Assembly: GCF_000150275.1 (NCBI RefSeq)
Contig: NW_002060943.1
Location: forward strand, 8,769,070-8,833,069
DNA length: 64,000 nucleotides
Reading direction: 5' to 3'
Source of the DNA: Trichoplax adhaerens
Taxonomy: Eukaryota > Animalia > Placozoa
Below, one piece after another: positions 53,760-64,000 of the stretch; position 1 is the first letter of the stretch; each line of letters begins with the position of its first letter. The notes under the pieces were generated by a model. It made no database searches. It saw nothing but the letters and a program-made list of their open reading frames with translations, and had not been told where the DNA came from. A program made the translations under genes and the position numbers.

Positions 53760-54611
53760 AGTTTCGTAATATATTTATAATGCTATATTTAGGTGCATGA
53801 AAGTTTCAGGGTTTACGATCATGCAGCAAATGCATTTGTTCGCTTATTTGGATAAGGTATACTATAATCATTTATAACTAAGTAATATTATTGATGTTTG
53901 TGCACTTCATAATGTGCACGCTATAGAACTCACGTGTACGTAAAACCTAATTTTATACAACTGTGAATATATATTATTAATCGCAGGTAAAGACTTGATT
54001 GAAATCATTTAAATAAGACGTAATTAGGTTTTTATATTAAATTTATGGTCGACTCTTTTGCCAACTCTGTAAAGCTGCATTTACATTATAGCGATATAGA
54101 TTAATGCCAAGAATTTACTAGAATTGGTATAAATCTTGCATAATATTGGATCGCAACTGTTTTACACTGTGGACTTGAAGACTTTGGGCATTATATTTTA
54201 ATGGAGTTAGCAAATGTTCCAGTTATATCTGTAGACATATTCTACGTGCACTTTCTCAAAGTTTCATTACTGCATGTTCTTCGTTGTATTTTCGTATGAT
54301 ATTTATATAGGCAAGCCCAAGTCAACGTATGCTAATACACATTTATACTATGCCATCACTCGTTATCCTTATTTTTGTCAATGTATTGTTAGTGTTTTTG
54401 TAACTAAATTTCGTAATTTTAATTAATTCATCATTGATGACATGCTTCAATAAATTGACTAAAAATTCATACGAACGTGGAAGGCCAAATATTTTGTTTA
54501 TGCCGGGGCGAAAGACTTATAACATTTATTTAGATAAGATATTAGCCAGTGTGGTTATAATTATTTGTTGAATAGCTGTATACTTTAAATCAATTATTTA
54601 TTAACTGTACA

Positions 54612-56703
54612 CTAGTTTTTTTGAAGAGAGTCGAAATGTAATCGCATCATATATTCAAAATCCCTGTAACTGACTCTGCCATCTTCATCAAAATCGATAT
54701 TCCTAGTTTCATAAGGGTCAAAGAATACATCAGTATTGTATAAGGATATTTATGATTATGACTAGTGAATACAGTGATATAATAATTATTGTTAACGACA
54801 GCAGATTTACTTGTAATTTTATTATTATTATTGGCTTCCAAGATATCTACATATATATGGGCCGATACTCAATTTATTATTTTACTACGTTCACTTCACC
54901 TAAAAATGGACGTTACGGTTGCCTTGGAAATCCTTGGAGCCACTTCATCGAAGACCGACATGAGATCGCTAAGTGTCAGAAACCCTCGACCTATGGTACA
55001 GAATAAATGTATATAAGTCATAAACTCTTGGCTTATCTTAACGTATATAGCTACGTCTGTTATTACTTCTAAATTAATTTACTTAATAAAAATTGTTATC
55101 CACAATAGACATATGAACATCCTTCACGGAGAAGTTTGCCTTCTCTATTCAATATTGATGTAGCAACATCATGCATCATATTGACGAACTGTAATTGTAT
55201 ATCTAGGGAAGTTCATAAATGTGAGTTGGCTCTTCAGTTTACATTCGATTAAGCTACGGTATCAATAAATTCTAGTTGAAAGCGGAACACTGTAAAATTT
55301 AATACTCGTATATATCCATGAGGCTAAAAACTAACTAACTATATGTACTTACAGTGGGCGTCAAATGACATAAAAATATCCTTAATTTTTTCGTTGATAT
55401 CGTACTCTTGCAATTTTGTAATAAGTAAGTCTTCACAAGCACTGAGTGAAATTCCTGATTAAGAAAGTAGATAAATTTATTGGTACCCCGTCGTTGAAAT
55501 GTTAATTTATTAAATTGATATCTACAAGGCGGGAAAGTTACCGTTAAAATTAAATTCGGGCGATAATAACTTTTCTAGTTCTCCCTAATATGGGTAAATT
55601 TGAGAAGAGATTACAATAGTAAATTGAACGACGGACTGTTTGCTGATGGAACTTGAGCAAACAAACCGTTATATTTATATTATTCAAGGCCACATTAAAT
55701 CTTATTACAAGCTAAAGCTGATTACCATTTTAAATCGGAAAACGCATTTTGCGTATAAAAAGTCAGTTATATCATTTATCTTACTTTATTGGATTTATAT
55801 CCCAAGATCGCAACCATAGCGACTTGAAGGTCATCGATGGAAAGGTAACCCTTTTTATCGGCATCGCATTGAGAAATAATCTGCATTAAAGATTCATTAA
55901 TTCGTAAGGGTATGTCGTAGCGATAAGTCAACTGGTTACAAAATGAAGGAGTAATTTATAATTATGCACAGCACAGTAATAGTCTCGTCGATACGTAGTA
56001 GCAGACTAGAATCGATTAGATTGATGATGCAACTGGTGCACAGCACGTAAGATATGAGTAGACTTTCGGTACAATATGAAACTATAAAATTATACAGATT
56101 AACAAACCCTTATGATGAAGGCAAAATGCTAAGGTACAGGTCTGCCATTAAGATACGATGTACGCGTATGCGAGTATTTTATCCTTAGTGCTACTACTAT
56201 ACACTAGTGATTCAGGAAGTACATTCTGCCTAGTAAAGTACAGTGTAAATACTGGCTTAGTAGGTGATACGGCGAATATAATCTACCGTCATCGATTTGG
56301 CAACTAAGAAAATCAACTCACAATGTCTAACCTTGTTGTAGCAGTACAGCATCATTATTTAATGTAATCCTGCATAGAGTAACGCATAATATAATTCTGT
56401 ACTTTATTGCACGTCGGCAGTGATGACTGAAAATAATCCCTAATGTAGGTGAGTTGTATTATTCAATCACAGTAATGATTCAATGATATGATATACATTT
56501 TATATTATACAGTTTGGTTTAAATTTCTCAATTTCATCAAAGATGCGTTCATCTTCCATCCTTAATTCATATAATACACTGATTACTAGTCCTTAACATC
56601 ATCGAAGATATTGATGAGTTCATCTTACATCCTTAATTCTTCGCTTATCGCTATGCAGTTCGTTAAGTTGATCTTCTTGGTCAATTTCTCGGACAGCAGT
56701 CAT
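54612..56703 (-). CDS. EFCAB11: EF-hand calcium-binding domain protein 11-like (165 aa)
   Basis: Not in the ORF track. Exons (minus strand): 56629-56703, 55785-55880, 55542-55584, 55353-55454, 54900-54990, 54612-54702. Total 498 nt. CDADKKGYLSIDDLQVAMVAILGYKSNK, IFMSFDAHCRGFLTLSD..EVAPRI, IDFDEDGRVSYRDFEY match the EFCAB11 pattern. Confidence 0.87.
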
Positions 56704-59569
56704 ACTGTAATTGCCAATCAATCTCACTGCAAATAATAATTTAATAACTACCGCATAATCTTAAACTTCAAATCCCATAATAAGATACAAAAAATACTGG
56801 TCGGTTCTAATCAGATTCTACTGCTTTTTATTGCACTTGATGATTCTCATTGACTTCAATGATTTGCCTCTGCAGTAATCTACAGTAAGTTGAAGAACCT
56901 CAGGCAGAAGATGTACTATGAATCTGTGATCACTATTTCAAATTTAAATTTAGTAAATGAACTTAAACTTAATATGTTCTCTCCCTGTTTACTGTTAATT
57001 TACTGCTCGTCGTCAGGTGAAAGAAGTACTGAAAGTTTACTCAGCGCTGATAGAAAATAATAATATGTACGGCAGCCGGATGACATTGGCTAGAGGCCAC
57101 TGCAGCCAGACACTATGCTAAAGTATAGCACTGTGCATCGCATACTGTACCGTGGAGGGAGTGGTGTAAAGTACTGAGTCAACAGTACAGGTATAGTGTT
57201 TTAGTTATCTAGTAGTCCATATCGAAAGCTTTAGATCGTGCGAAACAGAGGTTATTATTATACTGTATATTTAAAATTTCTGGTTAAAAACTCGTTAACT
57301 CTATTTAGCTGTTGGATTAGTAGTGAAATAGAGCATACATATATATATATGTTACGGCCATTCCTAAGAGTGATTTTGTTCTTGAGATATATACTGTACT
57401 ACATACACAATGTATATACGTACTATCGCGTTAATATGGTCTGATATTTTAACTAAGATTAATCAGGTAAAGTGTATATATTATACGCTCACAGAGAAAT
57501 CATTTTAACGTAATAGAAGATGATAACATTTAATATCCACTACTGAAACCAACAGAAAGCGGTTATTTACGATTGTAATCCTATAATACATCTGAAGGAC
57601 TGTTTCAGCAAAGAGTTTAATGCAAAATGAACGGGGTACATAGGATCGCCCACTGAGTATATAGTAAATAATTCATAAGAAGAGTTAGCCATAATTTTTA
57701 GCTCCCATGCTTTTTACCCGTATTAAAAATTTCATAGAATTTCGGTACCAAGACTTGGAATTTTACTATAATTCATTCGAATTAGAATTAGTTCCACAGA
57801 TAATCCTAGCTCATACCTTTACTTAAACTTACACATGAGGATGGACATGACTAGTGAAGATCATTTTTTATTCTGCATCATTACCAAGATTACAAATCCA
57901 TGATCTTTATACAATTATGCAATAAGTAACGTCGTCACCGTCTTCGATAAAAACATGAACACTTGTATCAACTTTCATTGTAATTTCAAACTTAAAATAT
58001 TAACCGATTGTCCATGTTAATAGTTATGATATTTTAGTATAAACTTTACAATCATTTGTACAAGAAATCGATTAATAATATATATATATATATTACTTCA
58101 ACGGATTATACAGGACATGTTCAACCAAAGTTTTTAACTATACCATGCTTACATTTACATAGCTAGAATATGGCGATTTTTGTATTCTATACAAATATAT
58201 TACTGTTTAGTTTCGGAGGCATTGAAATAACCAATAAAATGATTCAGTGCATTTCTAAACATAAAATGTGTGTAGTATGTATGTATTATGATTAGCTACA
58301 TAATAAGATAACGATGAAAAAGCTTCTTAGTCATAAAGAAGCATGTAAGTGTTGCTGTGTCAGCTAGGTGTTGCAAGGATACAAATACATGTCTGTAAGA
58401 CACTCAGTGCCTTAATGTTACAAAGTACAGTATTGCGCTGAGTCTATCTATACATATAAGTACAGTATATACAAGCTAGAAGTAAGAAAAAATCCGTTGA
58501 ATACTACGAATGTAATATCGCGACGTAAATAAAATCTTCTTATCCAGAAAATTAATCAAAAATGCCTTGAGATTTAAATAAATATTTGTAGCCAAAAAAT
58601 CATAGAATAATGATATTACAATTTTTAAATCCTTTAACAAGCTTAAGAAGTGATAAAATGATATGGCTACTACTTACTAACAAAACTACTACTTAAGTAA
58701 ATGATGCAATAAATTATTATCAATTAAGTATCAATATTAGGCCAATCTTACAAAATCTACATCGATGTATATAGTTAAAATGTCAATTCTGATAACATTA
58801 CTGCTCGATAATTTAAATTGATCGGGAAAGATTTTAGATTATAATAGATCGATGATAAGTATACAATATAATACTGTTAAAACACGTGCTTATCTAGGAA
58901 TATGGCGGTAATTTCTTATTATTGTGTCGTTAGTTTTCTTAAAACTGACTTATGATTATTATTTGTACATATATGCTGTAATGATAGGTATTTCGATCCA
59001 ATCGTAAAAACTGATAGTAGCTTCAAGTACGAATCATTACGGGAGCTTAAAAATAGATACTATTATTTTTAATGGATTGTCTTCAGTAATGCCTTGAATC
59101 GGCTTGAATGACCGGATCGAGATTCAGTCGTTTAGATGGAGCGTACTCTATATCGAAAAATTCGAGGTTTCTATATTTAAATACAATATAGACAACATTC
59201 AGTTATCTCAGTAAAATAAGACACCTAAATCGGTATCAGAGTGAGTCATAACTAAATTTATGCAAATTATAGATCCGGTGATGTCATTTCCTTTACGATA
59301 GTTAAACTTGTTATATTTCAAGTACTAAATAAAATCAAAATAATGCAAATACTACGATAATATTTCGTAGCATAAGCAACGATTTTGTAATATCATACAA
59401 AGGTGATCACGTCGCCATGCTATCATATTACAGTACGTCATTAAGTGTACGTTAAGTAAGTTTGTAACAATTATATCACAAATATCGCTACATTTTACAA
59501 TTAGCAACCCTATCAATAACAGGTAATAGTATACGTGTCTTATAAATAACAGTATTGACCGAGAATTGT

Positions 59570-62500
59570 TTACCAGCTAAAGATATTCTTTTTTTGTGTA
59601 ACTTTTGCCTTTTTGCCATTATTGCCATTATCGTTATAACTTGGATGGATAGTTGAACGAATTCTTACTCTCTTTTTATTAGAGCATGAGTGATAATTTG
59701 AAAGCCCATTAGAGTCATTTATTGCGGTCGAACTATTAATATATGAGGTTGCAACATTAGCAAGTGTGGTTAGTTCGCAAGCAACCACGGGAGGCATATT
59801 GAAGTCCTCTGTTGATTGAGACGGAGAGACTTTCTTGGATCTTTCTTCAGAGGCGGCTACAGCAGCACAAACCAAACTTTCAAAGGAATTTTCTAAATTA
59901 AATAATGACAATAATAAGTCAATTGTACATCATCAAGAAATTGAATTGAAAGGTAGAAAATATGGGCATAAAATTCTTGTAATTTATCTATAACAAAGCA
60001 AGGTAAAGAAAGTGAAGAAAATATATTACCTTGAGTGAGATGATTTGTGTTAGTACGACGTGGTATAAATAGTTCATCATTGGTAGACGATTCAGAATTA
60101 CTACCTACGAAGGTATTTCTAATTTAATCTAAATTTCAATACAATAGCATAAGAAAGTTAACTCACTGTCATGCCGATTAAATTTTTCTGCATGTTTTTT
60201 CAGCGAATCAATAATGTCATCATTAGCAGTCTCATTCGCTATGTCTAGAGGGCTTCGACCAAACTAATAGTGCATAAAATAGATAAAAATTAATCAAAGA
60301 AGATAATTAATTAAATGATATAGAAGGAATGAAACTATTATTTTACTGTAACATTATCAATGAGACATACTTTATTCTTGATATGAACGTGAGCTCCACT
60401 GCTTAGTAATAGCTTCACAATATCAGCGTGTTGACTTTGTACTGCCCAGTGTAGAGGTGACATGCACAACTTGAAAAAAATATATATCTCATTATGATAA
60501 AAAATTTGGGCATGTAAATGTTACTATTGTTACGTATGTTGCCTAAACGTCATACTCATTTAAGATTAGCAACATATGGATCACACAGTAACGTAGAGTA
60601 GTTACAATGGTTAAGAATACTGGTATCGTTACTGAAAGGTTTTTTATGCAGAATACGATCCTCGCATCTTGTTATAGCGTTTGATTGAGTACTGAACATT
60701 TCATAACTTCTTTTTGTACGAATCAATATACGCTACTATCATACTGTACATTGCAGGCTATCCCGTTATCACCGTATACGAGTATGGTATCATAATGCTA
60801 CTAGAGTAGTTAAAATCAATTAAAAATATATAACTCAGCAGATACGTCAATTGATATATAAATCAATAAATCAGTGATTATTTACCATATCTCGACAGTT
60901 GACAGTTGCACCACCAACAATTAGTAAATTTACAATCTCATAGTGGCCTTCTTGAGCTGCGACGTGTAAAGGTGTACGATCGACCTGAATAAGCAAAGAT
61001 GTCTACAGCATTATATTATTTTCGTGGGTAATATATAACACACAGTAAGGCTCACAAATGTATCATACTACTGTAAAACATAAGACATCGCGATATAGCT
61101 TTACAAAGATAATTTAATTACTTTTCAATCATAGGTTGTACGTTCTATAATCATGCACTCTACCGTAAAACTGCAGTATTTTGTATATCGTCTATAGATA
61201 AAGCTTTTCACACTTGTAAAGTAATTTACAGTTTGGTATACAGTGCTACCAGTGTAGTATCGGAACAGATCTGTTCTATCAAGTTACACGGAATTGAGTA
61301 TAATAGTAACGCATGATTTCTTTAATAGAATGGTCTTGCTCAAAGTTAAGGCATTATGTCGTGATTCTGGTAAGATTTGGTTTAACAAGATACACGATTA
61401 CTAAAGACGAACTTATCAGCAGATAGGGGGGTGAGTAAGAGTTATCGTACAGTATACCAATTAATTAGAACTGTCGCTACCGATAAATATTTAGAATACA
61501 GTGAAGTCTATACGACAGTAATCCCTCCTAAATAGATATTATTAACGAAATTATTACAAGTACTGAGCTATTATACCAGTTATAATTATGATTCAGTTAG
61601 AGTAATTAGTTATCTACTCATCCATTATTATCCGATTAGTCTATATCTAGGTCATTATATTTACACTAAAGTTACGTAATAAAAAACTAACTGTACAAAT
61701 AACTTGAAAATTAACATTTTTTGCAGGATAGATGCAGCTACTGTACGAAAGAAGTTAGCGATTATCAAAGAAAGAATTTTACTTTAGTGTCTACACATTG
61801 ATAGATCCACTTTTTCATTGCATTACACTAGTCCTTAAATTTGATTATTTTTGCAAAACTTGTTACTGTTGTAACAAGTTGATGCACATGTCTGCATATG
61901 CGTTAAGTGACTCTTTACTCTATGCTCATCGGTTATTATCTTCTGGATTCTGGGTTATACAATACTACTTTTAAGGATTCATTGCTGTTTTTTAATGCCG
62001 ATATTTAGTGCGCATATCATTGCAATGCATCGACGATATTTAGTGTGCATATCACTGCAATGCATCGTATTTGCTAACCTTTGTTCTGGCATCCTTACAA
62101 ACGCCAGCCCGTAATAAGATTTCTGCTGTCTTTGTATGACCATGCCTGGCAGCAAAGTGTAAAGGTGACGTGCCAAGCTAAAGTAAAGTAATGGAAAACG
62201 AAAATTAGAACTGCTAAACAGTCCATTTATGATCCGTATCAGATAATGAGCTGTGAAGTGCACTCCGATAAAAGATGATATGCCAAGCTAACGAAAATTA
62301 AAACTGCTAAATAGCCCATTTATAATCCATATCAGATATTAGGCTGTGAAGTGCACTCGGGTTTATTGTAAGCACAGTTTTTTACGAATAATGTTTTATT
62401 CTGCGCATTTCTATATCAAATTTTTAAGGTAATAACGCTAGACTATTGGCAGTAAATAATTATTCACTACCCAATCGGCTTGGAAAGGGGCTCCGGATGT

Positions 62501-62698
62501 CATCAGTAAGCTGACTTCTTCCTCACGACCTTGGCGAGAAGCATCCAAAAGTTTTTTACCAAGATCTGCTACTGATGAAACTTTACTTTCGTTACCCGCT
62601 AGAGAGTTAGCTTTATCTGTAGATTTACGAAAGTAAGTTTTTACAAATAAAATATTAGAAGTGCAATGATTGAGTAGAGAATAGCGAGCTACACACAT
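59570..62698 (-). CDS. GABPB1: GA-binding protein beta-like ankyrin-repeat protein (~339 aa; C-terminal end uncertain)
   Basis: Exons (minus strand): 62471-62698, 62079-62177, 60886-60984, 60371-60469, 60167-60263, 60030-60104, 59570-59892. [21 protein letters not shown]|[27 protein letters not shown]|[16 protein letters not shown]|[11 protein letters not shown]|FGRSPLDIA is the GABPB ankyrin series. Confidence 0.88.
62000..62068. repeat. ~35-bp tandem duplication in GABPB intron
   Basis: CGATATTTAGTG(C/T)GCATATCA(T/C)TGCAATGCATCG occurs twice in tandem. Confidence 0.8.
62171..62359. repeat. Imperfect tandem duplication (offset 110 bp) including the GABPB exon-2 splice acceptor
   Basis: TGCCAAGCTAA...ACGAAAATTA.AACTGCTAAA.AG.CCATTTAT.ATCC.TATCAGATA...GCTGTGAAGTGCACTC is present at 62171 and at 62281. 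Confidence 0.85.
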
Positions 62699-64000
62699 GG
62701 CTGCAGAATTGCAATATTGAATAAAATGTGATCAAAAGGTACATCTTTAACTGATATATAGCTTTTCAAGGTTGATGAATTGTGAGTAGGAAAATAAAGT
62801 ATTAGTTGAATTGACTCAAGCTAAACTTACTGAATCAGTGATTAATGTCTAAATTAACAGGAAAGTGCTGTACGCGCAGTAGATAATCACAGGCTATTAA
62901 TAACTTATACGTATATTTACAGCTAACAAAGGCAAGATCATACTACAAGGAAGTACTCCCGCCGAGCCAAGGATCTATGGTAGTGACTACGGTACTTTGA
63001 TATGACTACGATTTACAACTATTGACTAACTGAGCTGGTATTGTTCCAATAAGTATTGTTGTTTTCTTTCCGTTCGTGATCATTGAGTTAAGTTCGTGAT
63101 CGAGATTCAATTTTACTGTGCAATAATAAAAATGAACTACGTATCAACAAATTAACCATTGCCATTATTGAAATAAAATATCCGACTGGGAGATATTGTG
63201 ATTCATACAGAAGTTATGATTACTTCTCAGAGCCCATGAATATACGCGTATACTACGCGTATACTAGACTAGTGATGAAGTTACATCTTCAATCATAGAG
63301 GATTGAAGAAGTTATCATGAGCATTATACTTTTACGCATATTTTGATACAATTGTGAAAATTTGAAATTGTTGTCTACAGCTATGTCTACTGTAAGTAAG
63401 TATAAATGGACAACAATTGTATGGCGCAGCCTGACGGAAAGTGAATGCATTGGCATACGCATATCTTCTTGTCTACGATTTATTATCTCTTATAATTTAA
63501 ACACCGACATTATTGAACAATACAACTGCGTCTGTTGACGTCTAAAAGTAGAATGAATACATTAGCACACCTTATGGGCTTCATTAGTTAAAACTAAACT
63601 TTAATCTGATAACATTTGAAAACTTTCAAATGAAATATTAAGGGATAATTTGGGAAGAGTTGTGTAGTAATAGCATGCAATAGAGTAAGATTTTCAAAAA
63701 ATTATAACACACCAGTATTTAGGTGTGCATGTGACTACATTTTTCGACGAGAGAATTTGATTTATGAAAGGAATGATTAATCTACAGTATTCTATACCGA
63801 CGACGATCATGACTCTCTTCATAGGTGATACTTTTAAATCCTAGTATTTCAATGTACAGTATTTCATTTTCATTGCTTTGTATTCTAGATCGGTATACAA
63901 CATAGGCGAGTAGCTTAACCTAGTGGGAATAATCGCCTTCCAGGGTTGTTTGTAATAAGTAAACATCCTACTTGCGAATGGACTAGTTAGTAATGATCAC

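Noticed and set aside
227-57444. Many short track ORFs (e.g. 227-409, 4016-4207, 9433-9651, 18214-18492, 43326-43607, 46628-46933, 54752-55006, 57238-57444)
   Set aside because: They are antisense or alternate-frame shadows of real exons, lie inside LTR-like elements, or are low-complexity AT-rich frames with non-ATG starts and no recognisable motifs.
61357-61795. Possible LTR-like insert in the long GABPB intron
   Set aside because: Flanks CATTA/CATTG are imperfect and the inverted termini are weak.

Overview
This is AT-rich, intron-rich animal genomic DNA. The gene content, short GT-AG introns and tandem orphan GPCRs suggest an early-branching animal, probably a placozoan such as Trichoplax (inference only). 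The left half (1-29 kb) is a receptor region. It holds a 5'-truncated AKDF-type ionotropic glutamate receptor gene whose ligand pocket carries GluN1-like glycine-binding residues, and three tandem two-exon rhodopsin-class GPCR paralogs that lack the D/E of DRY. This region also contains seven TG...CA elements with exact 5-bp target-site duplications (solo-LTR-like, five families, one nested inside another). Three of those families share covarying terminal hairpins despite unrelated internal sequence. After about 7 kb with no recognisable gene, the right half is a compact housekeeping cluster: SELENBP1/methanethiol oxidase (-; 4-nt first coding exon, 19-nt microexon), DCTN6 (-; one U12-type intron) head-to-head with ADAM10/Kuzbanian-like (+), EFCAB11 (-) and a GABPB-like ankyrin gene (-). 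All exon models were built by hand from splice signals, reading-frame continuity and recognised protein motifs; no database search was run.
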